Source: an uncultured Actinomycetes bacterium (lineage in GTDB: Bacteria > Actinomycetota > UBA4738 > HRBIN12). Taken from it: 64,000 bases of DNA. How positions within the stretch are numbered: position 1 is the first letter of the stretch; each line of letters begins with the position of its first letter. The stretch covers positions 768,001-832,000 of the forward strand of contig OY969934.1 in the NCBI GenBank assembly GCA_963704725.1, in the 5' to 3' direction. A model generated the notes under the pieces. The model saw nothing but the letters and a program-made list of their open reading frames with translations. It searched no databases and was not told the DNA's origin. Position numbers and translations under genes: made by a program. This document shows positions 26,376 to 35,631 of the stretch, piece after piece.

Positions 26376-26594
26376 CTACACCCGCCCCAACACGAAGATC
26401 ACGAGGCTGATCAACCCGACGACGGCCCCCAGGAGCAACGCCCCAGCCAGCATGTAGGTCACGATGCCGGGTCGCTTCGGCGCCCATCGCGTCGGCCCGA
26501 CCTTTCGAACGATGGAGTTCGTCCACACGCTCCAGCGGGCGTCCTCTTGGAGCCGGGACACGACGTCGGGCTCGCGATCCGGCCTCCTCGTCAC
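26376..26594 (-). CDS. Small hypothetical protein with C-terminal TM
   Basis: VTRRPDREPD...YMLAGALLLGAVVGLISLVIFVLGRV*. Confidence 0.5.
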   Translation of the reverse strand: MTRRPDREPDVVSRLQEDARWSVWTNSIVRKVGPTRWAPKRPGIVTYMLAGALLLGAVVGLISLVIFVLGRV

Positions 26595-26653
26595 GATCGG
26601 CAGTGTAGAGGCTCGATTCGGAGGAGGACCGAGGAGTCCACGCAGACGTTCAC
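26591..26653 (-). pseudogene. Truncated vapC remnant
   Basis: GTGA overlap with the antitoxin stop; reads MNVCVDSSVLLRI (PIN N-terminal motif) and stops after 20 codons. Confidence 0.6.
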
Positions 26654-26910
26654 CGCGGGTGCTTGCGCTCCTCACGCAGGAGCTCGGTGGAGCTCAGACG
26701 CCACCCGGCCGGGTGGTACCGCGTGGCCCGGAGTGAGGAGAAGGGGCGCAGCGGAGGACGAGCGGTGATTGGTTCGCCGTTCTCGCCCACGGGGACGATC
26801 CGGGCGATGGGCCGGTCGCGGTCGGTGACCTCAATCTCGCCGCCGTGCTCGACCTCGCGCAGGTGCCGAGAGAGCTGGTCCTTGAGTTCGGCGATCTTCA
26901 CCCGCTTCAT
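26650..26910 (-). CDS. Phd/YefM family antitoxin (orphaned)
   Basis: MKRVKIAELKDQLSRHLREVEHGGEIEVTDRDRPIARIVP. Palindrome TGGCTAC-ag-GTAGCCA at 26910-26925. Confidence 0.88.
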   Translation of the reverse strand: MKRVKIAELKDQLSRHLREVEHGGEIEVTDRDRPIARIVPVGENGEPITARPPLRPFSSLRATRYHPAGWRLSSTELLREERKHPR

Positions 26911-26953
26911 GGCTACAGGTAGCCACGTTCTCCGGCCCCGCGTCAACCGGCGA

Positions 26954-28291
26954 TCAGAGCCGGGGCAGGTTGCGGTCGATCTCGAGCTGCGTGACGTAGC
27001 TGCGGTACTCGTCCCACTCGGCGCGCTTGTTGGCTACGAACCACTCGAAGAGGTGCTCGCCCAGCGTCTCGCGGACGAGCTCTGAGAGCTGCATCTCGCC
27101 GAGCGCCTCCGGCAGACTCTCCGGGAGCGACTCGATGCCGTCGTTCCACCGCTCGACGTCCGTCATGCGGTGGATGTCGTCGGTGGCCTCGCGCGGCAGG
27201 TCGTACTCCATCTCGACCCCGCGCAGGCCGGCCGAGAGCATGACCGCCAGCGCCAGGTACGGGTTGCACGCGGGGTCCGGCGCCCGGTACTCGACGCGGC
27301 ACACCGACTCCTTGCCCGGCTTGGCGAGCGGGACGCGCACGAGCGCCGACTGGTTGGCGATGCCCCAGCACACGTGGACCGGCGCCTCGTACCCGGGGAC
27401 GAGGCGCTTGTACGAGTTCACCCACTGGTTGGTGATCGCGCTCATCTCGCGCGCGTGCGTGAGGAGTCCGGCGATGAACGAGCGCGCCACCTTCGACAGG
27501 TAGTACTCGTCGGTGGGGTCGAAGAACGCGTTGCGGTCGCCCTCGAACAGCGAGAGGTGCGTGTGCATGCCCGAGCCCCACGCGCCCTGGATCGGCTTCG
27601 GCATGAACGTGGCGTACACGTTCAGCTCCTGCGCGACCTCCTTGACCAGCAGGCGGAACGTCATGATCGTGTCGGCCATCGTGAGCGCGTCGGCGTGTCG
27701 CAGGTCGACCTCGTGCTGGGAGGCCGCGACCTCGTGGTGCGAGTCCTTCACCGGGATGCCGAGTCGCTCGAGGTAGGAGATCACGCGGCGGCGGAAGTCG
27801 CTTCCCACGTCGAGCGGCGTGAGGTCGAAGTACGAGCCGTCGTCGAGCGGCTCAAGCGAGTGCGCGTCGCGGAACAGGAAGAACTCGATCTCCGGCCCCG
27901 CGTAGAGCGTGAACCCCAGGTCGGCGGCGCGAGCGATGGCCCGTCGGAGCACGCCCCGGGGGTCGCCGGGGAACGGCGAGCCGTCCGGCAGGTGGATGTC
28001 GCAGAACATCCGGGCCCCGCCGTGCGAACCGGGCCGCCACGGAAGCATCGTGAACGTCGCCGGGTCCGGCTTGGCGATCACGTCCGCCTCCTGGACCCGG
28101 GCGAACCCGTCGATCGCCGAGCCGTCGAAGCTCACGCCCTCCTCGAGCGCCTCCGGCAGCTCCTCCGGCGGGATCGAGAACGACTTCAGGAACCCGAGCA
28201 CGTCCGTGAACCACAGCTGGACGAACTCGATCTCGCGATCGTCGATGGCCCGCTGCACGGCCTCGCGCGGGTCGGCCTCGCTCCGGATCAT
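26954..28291 (-). CDS. Glutamine synthetase family protein (GlnA2/GSI-alpha-like)
   Basis: FDGSAIDGF, GPEIEFF, HHEVAASQHEVD, GSGMHTH, RVEYRAPD; NQS in place of NRS. Confidence 0.93.
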   Translation of the reverse strand: MIRSEADPREAVQRAIDDREIEFVQLWFTDVLGFLKSFSIPPEELPEALEEGVSFDGSAIDGFARVQEADVIAKPDPATFTMLPWRPGSHGGARMFCDIHLPDGSPFPGDPRGVLRRAIARAADLGFTLYAGPEIEFFLFRDAHSLEPLDDGSYFDLTPLDVGSDFRRRVISYLERLGIPVKDSHHEVAASQHEVDLRHADALTMADTIMTFRLLVKEVAQELNVYATFMPKPIQGAWGSGMHTHLSLFEGDRNAFFDPTDEYYLSKVARSFIAGLLTHAREMSAITNQWVNSYKRLVPGYEAPVHVCWGIANQSALVRVPLAKPGKESVCRVEYRAPDPACNPYLALAVMLSAGLRGVEMEYDLPREATDDIHRMTDVERWNDGIESLPESLPEALGEMQLSELVRETLGEHLFEWFVANKRAEWDEYRSYVTQLEIDRNLPRL

Positions 28292-28713
28292 CGGATCACC
28301 GTCAGCACGAGCGCCGCGATCGAGAACGCGACGGCCATGCCGAGCAACCCCAGCCCGGCGCCCCGGATCCACTGGCCGCCCGACAGGCCCACGCCGCGGA
28401 CCGAGCGCGACCTGGCCGAGGCGGCGCGGGCCCACAGGGAGATGCCGACGAAGCCGATCAGCGTGGCGACGAACGCCCAGCCCGGAGCCGCCACGGCGGC
28501 CAGGCCGAACATGATCGCGAGGAACACCCACGGCGCCCCGAGCCGGACCAGCAGCGTCCTCCAGTAGGCCGGGTGCTCGGCCCGCAGATGTCCGAACCTG
28601 CCACCGGGGGTGAACGGGGAGTGGCAGACCGGGCATCGATCCGGGCGCGACCCCGCCGACCCGCGGGCGCGGAGGGGCGCGGCCGTCCGGGACGCCGTGG
28701 GTGCGTTGTTCAT
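28288..28713 (-). CDS. C2H2-finger-like membrane protein
   Basis: CPVCHSPFTPGGRFGHLRAEH followed by about 3 hydrophobic segments. ATGA overlaps with both amtB and the GS gene. Confidence 0.7.
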   Translation of the reverse strand: MNNAPTASRTAAPLRARGSAGSRPDRCPVCHSPFTPGGRFGHLRAEHPAYWRTLLVRLGAPWVFLAIMFGLAAVAAPGWAFVATLIGFVGISLWARAASARSRSVRGVGLSGGQWIRGAGLGLLGMAVAFSIAALVLTVIR

Positions 28714-30350
28714 GCCGAGACACCTCCGTCTCCGGCGTAGGCCGGCTCCTCCGACGCCTCGGGCAGCTCCACGAGCGCGTGCTGAGGCACGATGTCGTGG
28801 TAGCCGGGGGCGCCCAGCTCGGGCACGTCGAGGCCGGCGATCTCGACCTTGGCCGGGACCCGGATGCCCTGGATGCGGTCCTGCACCTTCATGAACAGGT
28901 ACGTCCCGCCCCAGGCCCACACGATCAGGGTCACCACGCCGGCGAGCTGGGCGAGGAGCTGCCCGCCGTCGCCGTAGAAGAGCCCCTTCACGGTGCCGTC
29001 GATCCCGTTCCACCCGGCGCCGTACGTGCCGTCGGCGAACAGCCCGAGCGCGATGACGCCCCACAGGCCGTTCGCGCCGTGGACCGAGAAGGCCCCGACG
29101 GGGTCGTCGATCTTCAGCCTCGTGTCGACGAAGCGGTACGTGACGACGACGAGCACGCCGGCCACCGCGCCGATCACGAACGCCGCCCACGGGGCGACGA
29201 ACCCCGACGGGGCCGTGATCGCGACGAGCCCGGCGAGCATGCCGTTGGCCGACATGCCGGGGTCGGGCTTGCCGTACGCGTTCTTCCATCCCCACGACAG
29301 GTACATCGCGGCGAGCAGGCCGGTGCACGACGCGATCACCGTGTTCACGATCACCGAGCTGATCCGGAGCTCGGTCGCCGCGAGCGTGCTGCCGGCGTTG
29401 AACCCGAGCCACCCGAACAGCAGGATGAACACGCCGAGGATCGCCATGGGCAGGTTGTGCCCGGGGATCGTGTTCACCGATCCGTCCTTGCCGTACTTGC
29501 CGATCCGGGGACCGATGATCATCGCGCCTGCCAGCGCCGACAGGCCGCCCACGGCGTGCACCACGCCCGACCCGGCGAAGTCGACGTACCCGTGCCCCCA
29601 CCCGCGCGACGCGCCGAGCTGCGAGAGCCACCCGCCGCCCCACGCCCACATCCCGAACAGCGGATACAGGATCGCGGCCATGAAGAAGGAGTAGGGGACG
29701 AACGCCGAGAACTTCCAACGCTCGGCCATGGCGCCGGTGACGATCGTGCCGGCCGTGTCCATGAAGACGAGCTGGAAGAACCACAGCGCCATCACGCCGA
29801 CGTCGTAGGAGCTGCCGAACAGGAACCAGCCCTTGGTGCCCCACAGCCCGAGGTGCGCGTTGTTGCCGAGGTGGAACGCGCCGTCGAGCACGCCCGTCCC
29901 GCTTCCCAGCGCGCCGAGCGCCCCGACCCCACCGAACATCAGCGGGAAGCCGATGGCGAACCACGCCACGCCGCCGACGGCGAAGATGACGAAGTTCATC
30001 ATCATCGTGTGCGCGGCGTTCTTGGCGCGGGTGAAGCCGGTCTCGACGAGCGCGAACCCCGCCTGGAAGAACAGGACCAGCGCGCCGGCGAGCAGGGTCC
30101 ACGTGAAGTTCACGGCGACCTTGTTCTTGCCCACCTCGTCGACGACCGCCTGGAACGTGTCCTGGTCGAGCGTCGCGCTCGAACCGCCGACGACGTCCTC
30201 CGCGTTGCCGGTGATCTCGCCGCACGGGTCGCCCGCGCCGCTCGTGTTCCCACCGCAGGCCTCCTGGGCCCGCGCCGCCGCCGGCGCGAACAGCAGCAGA
30301 CCGACGACGGCGAGCAGCAGGGCGAAGCGCAACCGTCTTCGTGCGGGCAT
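28710..30350 (-). CDS. amtB: Ammonium transporter
   Basis: QAGFALVETG, DFAGSGVVH, FGWLGFNAGS, NGMLAGLVAITA, DDPVGAFSVHG. Confidence 0.96.
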   Translation of the reverse strand: MPARRRLRFALLLAVVGLLLFAPAAARAQEACGGNTSGAGDPCGEITGNAEDVVGGSSATLDQDTFQAVVDEVGKNKVAVNFTWTLLAGALVLFFQAGFALVETGFTRAKNAAHTMMMNFVIFAVGGVAWFAIGFPLMFGGVGALGALGSGTGVLDGAFHLGNNAHLGLWGTKGWFLFGSSYDVGVMALWFFQLVFMDTAGTIVTGAMAERWKFSAFVPYSFFMAAILYPLFGMWAWGGGWLSQLGASRGWGHGYVDFAGSGVVHAVGGLSALAGAMIIGPRIGKYGKDGSVNTIPGHNLPMAILGVFILLFGWLGFNAGSTLAATELRISSVIVNTVIASCTGLLAAMYLSWGWKNAYGKPDPGMSANGMLAGLVAITAPSGFVAPWAAFVIGAVAGVLVVVTYRFVDTRLKIDDPVGAFSVHGANGLWGVIALGLFADGTYGAGWNGIDGTVKGLFYGDGGQLLAQLAGVVTLIVWAWGGTYLFMKVQDRIQGIRVPAKVEIAGLDVPELGAPGYHDIVPQHALVELPEASEEPAYAGDGGVSA

Positions 30351-30418
30351 CCATCCCCCCTTCGTCCGCCGGAGATCCCTTCCGTCTCCGTGTGACGGGG
30401 CGACGCTAGGGGCGCCGT

Positions 30419-30456
30419 GTTTCCCACCGGTTTCGGTGACGTCAACTCTGCGTCAC
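30419..30456 (-). promoter_or_regulatory. GlnR-box array upstream of amtB
   Basis: GTGAC-n6-TTGAC-n6-GAAAC-n6-GAAAC. Confidence 0.75.
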
Positions 30457-30478
30457 GCGGCGTCGTCGGCGGGGCCGG

Positions 30479-30516
30479 TTCACCTGTTCGTAACCGGAGC
30501 GAAACGCGAGGGTAAC
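30479..30516 (+). promoter_or_regulatory. GlnR-box array upstream of the anion transporter
   Basis: TTCAC-n6-GTAAC-n6-GAAAC-n6-GTAAC. Confidence 0.7.
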
Positions 30517-30530
30517 GGCGCCTGCCTACG

Positions 30531-31835
30531 GTGGCCCGGGTGGACGGGACGCAGGTCGCCGCGCTGTCGGTCTTCGCGCTCTCCTACGGGGCGATCATCT
30601 CCGGGCGGGTGCACCGCACGATCGCGGCGATCGCCGGCGCGGCGGTCATGGCCCTGGTGGTGCTGCGCGGGAACGCGATCGCCGAGGCCGTCGACTGGCA
30701 GACCGTGCTGTTCATCTTCGGGATGATGGTCGTCATCGGGACGATGGAGCGCGGCGGGGCCTTCCGATGGCTGGGACTGCACGCCGCTCGGATCGCTCGC
30801 CTCGAGCCGTTGCGACTGTTCATCGTGCTGCCGGTCCTGGCGGCGGTGCTGTCGGCGTTCGTCGACTCGATCACGGTGATGCTCTTCCTGGCGGTGCTCA
30901 CGATCGAGGTGGCCCGCGTGGCGCGCCTGCGGCCCCTCCCGCTCTTGATCGCCGAGATCACCGCGGCGAACATCGGCGGGGCGGCGACGATGGTGGGCGA
31001 CCCGCCGAACGTGATCCTCGGCACGCACTTCGGCCTGACCTTCGGCGACTTCGTCCTGGGAACCGGGCCGCTCGCCCTCCTCGGCGTGGTCGTCAACACG
31101 GCGTTCCTCGCGTTCCTGTTCCGCAAGGACATCCGTGCGGCGCGCGCGTCGTTCGCCCGGAACCCGAACGACCGGCTCCGGGCGCTCGCGCTGCTCGACC
31201 CCGCGGCGGCGATCCGCGACCGGGGACTGTTCGCGATCGGCTGGGTCTCGCTCGCCGTCGTGGTGGCCCTGCTGGTGAGCCACGGCCTCACCGGGCTGAC
31301 GGTGGGCTCGATCGGCACGAGCGCGGCGTCGCTCGTCCTCGTGCTCGGGGGGCCGCGCCACCGGATGCCGACGATCCTGGAGGCGATCGACTGGAGCACG
31401 CTCGTGTTCTTCGGGGCACTGTTCCTGCTCGTCGGGGGTCTCGAGCAGAGCGGAGCTCTGGAGTCGCTCGCGAACGGCATCCTGCACCTCGGCGGGGGCA
31501 CGGCCGTCGTCCTCACGATCGTGCTGTGGACGGCGGGGCTGGGTTCGGCCATCGTCGACAACGTGCCCTTCGCGGCCACGCTGGCGCCGGTCATCGGGCA
31601 CCTCGCGGCGGGGGGCGTGCCGCTCAAGCCGCTGATCTGGGCGGGATCGCTCGGCGCCGACATCGGGGGGAACGCGACACCCATCGGCGCGGCGGCCAAC
31701 GTCATCGGGATCACCACGTACGAGCGCTACACGGGGGAGCGAGTCCGGTGGGGCGAGTACCTCCGGGCGGCCGTTCCGGCGACCGCCGTCACGCTCGGCG
31801 TCCTGTATCTCCTCCTCCTGCTCCTCCACGCCTAG
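30531..31835 (+). CDS. ArsB/NhaD/SLC13 (IT superfamily) anion permease
   Basis: SAFVDSIT, ANIGGAATMVGDPPNV, SAIVDNVP, GGNATPIGAAAN. Confidence 0.9.
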   Translation: MARVDGTQVAALSVFALSYGAIISGRVHRTIAAIAGAAVMALVVLRGNAIAEAVDWQTVLFIFGMMVVIGTMERGGAFRWLGLHAARIARLEPLRLFIVLPVLAAVLSAFVDSITVMLFLAVLTIEVARVARLRPLPLLIAEITAANIGGAATMVGDPPNVILGTHFGLTFGDFVLGTGPLALLGVVVNTAFLAFLFRKDIRAARASFARNPNDRLRALALLDPAAAIRDRGLFAIGWVSLAVVVALLVSHGLTGLTVGSIGTSAASLVLVLGGPRHRMPTILEAIDWSTLVFFGALFLLVGGLEQSGALESLANGILHLGGGTAVVLTIVLWTAGLGSAIVDNVPFAATLAPVIGHLAAGGVPLKPLIWAGSLGADIGGNATPIGAAANVIGITTYERYTGERVRWGEYLRAAVPATAVTLGVLYLLLLLLHA

Positions 31836-32279
31836 GTGTACGAGCGCATCCTGGTCCCGCTCGACGGGTCCCACGACGCCGAGGCCGCGCTCCCCATGGC
31901 GCGGTCGCTGGCGAGCCGCCTGCACGCCGAGCTCATCCTGATCCGCGTGAACGAGCCGATCCCGAACCTGCCCACCGGCCGGTACCCGGAAGGCGTGGTG
32001 AGTACGGCTCGCGAGTACCTGGCGCGTGTCGCGGAGCCGATGATCCTGCGACGGCTCAAGGTCCGGACGATGCTGGAGTACGGCGAACCCGCGGAGGTGA
32101 TCGCGCGACTGGCGGGAGAGCTCGGCACCGATCTCGTCGTGATCGCCGCCGGCGACGGGTTCCGCCACCGCATCCCCCGGGGCGATGCCGCGCGGATCCT
32201 CCGGCATTGTCCCGTCCCGCTGCTCATCGTCCCCGCCGAGGCCGCCGGGCGCTCCGAGGAAGGTCCTCGACCAGGGTAG
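31836..32279 (+). CDS. Universal stress protein
   Basis: YERILVPLDGS, GEPAEVI, ILRHCPVPLLIV. Confidence 0.88.
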   Translation: MYERILVPLDGSHDAEAALPMARSLASRLHAELILIRVNEPIPNLPTGRYPEGVVSTAREYLARVAEPMILRRLKVRTMLEYGEPAEVIARLAGELGTDLVVIAAGDGFRHRIPRGDAARILRHCPVPLLIVPAEAAGRSEEGPRPG

Positions 32280-32288
32280 GGTTCGGCC

Positions 32289-32861
32289 GTGCGGCTCCGG
32301 GCACGCGGTCTCGTCCTCACGCTCGTCATCCTCGGCGCGTGTGGATCCGACGGCGGCCATACGATCGTCTCGCCGAGCGCTCCGTCGGACGTGGCGACGC
32401 CGTCGAGCTCGCCGTCGATCACCACAGGGACCACCGTGCAGGACGTGATCGACCTGGGCGGCCAGGAGGTGCTGGGCCTGGCGCTCACCGAGGACGCGGT
32501 GTGGGCGATCGCCTATCAGACGGGCACGCTGTCCAGGTCGACCCGTCGAGCGACAAGGTGACGGGCTCGAGCGAGCTCGCTGTGGGCGGTCGACGCGGCC
32601 ACCGGTGAGGTCGTCCAGACCGTGCCGCTGGAGGACTCGATGGAGGTCCTCTCGCTGGGGATCGGGTTCGGCGCGATCTGGGTGGGGATCAGGCACCCCG
32701 GGTTCATCGGAGCCGTGCTGCGACTCGACCCCGACTCCGGCGCGGTCCTGGACGAGATCGACGACGTGCAGATCCCGGCCAGGATCGAGCTCGGGTTCGG
32801 CTCGGTGTGGGTCACCGACTCGGGGAGCAGCTCGCTCTACCGGATCTCGCCCGGCCGCTGA
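32289..32861 (+). pseudogene. Disrupted beta-propeller-type lipoprotein
   Basis: Lipobox LGAC. In-frame TGA at 32559; the propeller-like segment QVDPSSDKVT is in another frame. The original frame resumes LWAVDAATG...GFGSVWVTD. Confidence 0.6.
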
Positions 32862-33574
32862 GGCAGGCCTCGCGCCAGGGCGAACACCGCGCGGGCGAAC
32901 CGTCGCGCGTCAAGAGGTCGGAGCGGGCCGCCGGGCAGCTCGACGACGAACGCGGTCGTGCCTGGGAACCGGTGGTTCTGCCACGAGGTGGCCGTGCCGT
33001 GGAGGCGTCCGAGCTGCACGAGCGGCAGGCCGACCATGCGCGCGAACCGTCGCTGCACCCGGACGTCACCCCCGGATCGGTCGACGAGCGCGAGCGGCTG
33101 GTGGAACCAGATCGTGACATCCGGCCGGATGCGCTCGACGAAACGGACCGCGATGCGGGACTCGCGCTCGGAGAGCGGGCGGCGGCCCGGGTAGTACCGG
33201 CCTCGCGGGCCGGGGCGCCACCGGAACGGGAAGTTCCGATTGAGGTCCACGCCCCGGGCGTTCTGCCGCGTGTGCGCGGCGCGGCCGTCCGGGTTCAGCG
33301 TCTTCACCACCCACAGGTCGAGGAAGCCCCTCGGCCGGCCCCGGACGAGGCGGTCGGCGATCCGGACGCCGGCGCACTCATCGCCGTGGATGCAGCCGAC
33401 GACGAGGACCCGGATCTCGTCGGGGTCGCCGGCATGGAACGCGCGGATCGGTCGCCCCTGGACGGAGGTGCCGAGCAGCTCGCGCTCGCGAACGCGCGGC
33501 GCCGCGCCCGCGCTCGCCGCGGACGCCACGACCGCCACGACGACGAGGAGGGCCGGGGCTCCGCGGAGCCTCAT
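32837..33574 (-). CDS. Secreted M14 zinc carboxypeptidase (MpaA-like murein peptide amidase)
   Basis: Signal peptide, GCIHGDE, NPDG, RQNARGVDLNRNFP, WFHQ, VVEL. Confidence 0.88.
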   Translation of the reverse strand: MRLRGAPALLVVVAVVASAASAGAAPRVRERELLGTSVQGRPIRAFHAGDPDEIRVLVVGCIHGDECAGVRIADRLVRGRPRGFLDLWVVKTLNPDGRAAHTRQNARGVDLNRNFPFRWRPGPRGRYYPGRRPLSERESRIAVRFVERIRPDVTIWFHQPLALVDRSGGDVRVQRRFARMVGLPLVQLGRLHGTATSWQNHRFPGTTAFVVELPGGPLRPLDARRFARAVFALARGLPQRPGEIR

Positions 33575-35499
33575 GCCGACGAGATCAGGAGCGCGAAGGC
33601 GAGCGGCGTGGTCGCGACGAAGTCGATCGCGGGCTCGACGGTCGGCCACGACCGGACGTTGTCCCAGTACCTCGCCCCTCGGCCGTCGAACCGGCCGAAG
33701 GCGTCGCCGCCCCCGGGCGGACAGCGGTTCGCGTCCTCGGGCAGCCCGAGGAACTCGAACTGGTCGACGGAGTTCGTCCCGTTCACCGCGGCGCCCAGGA
33801 GCAGGGGCCCCGTGCCGTCGAGGCCGCCCGACAGGTTGGCGATCTGGTGGTGGATGCACGTCGGGAAGATCGTCCCCGCTCCGACGATCCACGACGTGCC
33901 CCACGCGTTGGCGCCGAGGATCACGTCGAGCTGGTGGCGGCCGAACGACGCGTACGTTGCGTCGCCGGTCAGCCCCTCGTACAGCATCGCGGTGATCGCG
34001 AGTCCCTGGCCGTGCGACGTGCCGTCGTAGGCGGCGTACGGGTAGCCGAACCCGAACGGATCCTGGTCCGCCTGCCGGGCGGCACCGCGGAGCTGACGGA
34101 CGAGGTCGGCGACCAGCTCGTCGCGGTCGACCTCCAACCCGGCGGGCTGGGCGGCGGTCGCGATCGCATCCGCGAGCTCGGCGTGCGCGAGCGCGCCGAC
34201 GTCGTACAGGTTGAGCGTGTCGCCGAGCTCGAACCCGTCGAGGTACGCGCTCGCCCAGTGCGCCGCGAGGTCGAGGTAGTGCCCGGCGTCCGGGTGCGGC
34301 AGGTCCGGGACGGCCGGCGCGATCTCCGTGGCGAAGAAGAGCTCGGTCGCGCCGAGCTCGAGGTCGGAGTGCCACTCGGTCTCCGGGTAGAAGTCGAAGG
34401 GCGAGAACGTGACGAGCCGCCCGGGATCGGTGTCGGCCAGGTCGAACACGTGCTGGCCGGCGAGCAGGCATCGATCCGCCAGCGGGTCGTCGGTGCCTCG
34501 GAAGACCTGCGCGCACAGGCCGAACGCCGCCGCGAGGCGCCCGGCCAGGTTCGGGCTCACGGGCGATCCCGGCCGCCCCGCCCGGAACACGGGACGGTGC
34601 CGGATGAACCGGTAGTAGGGGTTGCGGCCGCCGTAGGTGTCGTCGACCTCCGGCAGGCGCCACAGGTCGTGGTCGCCGGCGAACCCATCCGTCCCGTCGC
34701 CGACGCCCACCTGATACAGGAGCGTGGCGGTCTCGTCGTCCCACATCCGCAGGAGCCAGTCGAGCTCGAACCGGACCTCGTCGGTGAGGTCGGCACTCGA
34801 TCCCGGCCCGAGGAGGTCCGGGTGGTCGCGGAGCGCCACCAGCAGCAGGGCGGCCGCGTAGCTCTCGGTCTGCACGCCCTTGATGTAGTCCCCGGCGTCG
34901 GCCCACCCGCCAGAGACGTCGGCGCGCGCCGCGCCGGGGACCGGGACCGGGTCCCTCGGCACGAGGTCCGGGGTGAAGCGGAGCTCCCGGTAGACCCTGG
35001 CCCGCCGGTCGTTCAGGTGCGAGGGCCGGCGTGCGAGCGCGCCGGCGATCACGTCCGGCCCATCTCGCTGCGCGCGATAGAAGGCGAGCGCGTTCGAAAG
35101 GAGCGGGGCGAACAGATCGCGTGGATCACCGATCGCGAACGGGGGCGAGACCGCCGGCGCGGGTCCGTCGACCTCGATCGTGTACGTGCCGGGAACGGTC
35201 ACGGCGCCGAAGTCGATCGCGTAGACGTTCGGGAACCGAGCGCTCCACCTCCCGAGCCGTTCGCCGATCGCGCCCGACGCCGCGACGGAGCCGCCCTCGG
35301 CCAGGACGGAGAACGTGGCGCCGGTCTCCGCCTCCGACGTGAGCAGGTAGGCGCGCTTGGCGCCCTCGAGCGGATACCCGACCTGGTTCACGCGGACGAA
35401 CGCCCCGGTGCCCCCGGCGCCGGACGGCGCGCCCGCGACCCCCAGGACGAGCGCGAACGCCGTCAGGGCGGCGACGCGCCCGAGGCTCCGGCCGTGCAT
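33571..35499 (-). CDS. Secreted glycoside hydrolase family 9 with N-terminal Ig-like domain
   Basis: VRVNQVGY, DVSGGWADAGDYIK, LGANAWGTSWIVG, TVEPAIDF. Confidence 0.9.
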   Translation of the reverse strand: MHGRSLGRVAALTAFALVLGVAGAPSGAGGTGAFVRVNQVGYPLEGAKRAYLLTSEAETGATFSVLAEGGSVAASGAIGERLGRWSARFPNVYAIDFGAVTVPGTYTIEVDGPAPAVSPPFAIGDPRDLFAPLLSNALAFYRAQRDGPDVIAGALARRPSHLNDRRARVYRELRFTPDLVPRDPVPVPGAARADVSGGWADAGDYIKGVQTESYAAALLLVALRDHPDLLGPGSSADLTDEVRFELDWLLRMWDDETATLLYQVGVGDGTDGFAGDHDLWRLPEVDDTYGGRNPYYRFIRHRPVFRAGRPGSPVSPNLAGRLAAAFGLCAQVFRGTDDPLADRCLLAGQHVFDLADTDPGRLVTFSPFDFYPETEWHSDLELGATELFFATEIAPAVPDLPHPDAGHYLDLAAHWASAYLDGFELGDTLNLYDVGALAHAELADAIATAAQPAGLEVDRDELVADLVRQLRGAARQADQDPFGFGYPYAAYDGTSHGQGLAITAMLYEGLTGDATYASFGRHQLDVILGANAWGTSWIVGAGTIFPTCIHHQIANLSGGLDGTGPLLLGAAVNGTNSVDQFEFLGLPEDANRCPPGGGDAFGRFDGRGARYWDNVRSWPTVEPAIDFVATTPLAFALLISSA

Positions 35500-35519
35500 G
35501 GATCCACCCCCGATCCCGA

Positions 35520-35542
35520 AATAGGAAACTTTCTTACCTATT
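35520..35542. promoter_or_regulatory. AT-rich palindromic operator (ROK/CsnR-like)
   Basis: AATAGGAAACTTTCTTACCTATT with core AGGAAA-C-TTTCTT. Confidence 0.55.
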
Positions 35543-35631
35543 CTCCGTCGGCACCCTATCGCGCCTCGGTCGCGCGGGCAAACCGTGCCCGGGCCCGATC
35601 GCCGGGTTGCCCTGTGGTACAAGAGGAGGCC

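Noticed and set aside
25564-26946. TA patch as a prophage or IS element
   Set aside because: No integrase, transposase, terminal repeats or target duplications seen.
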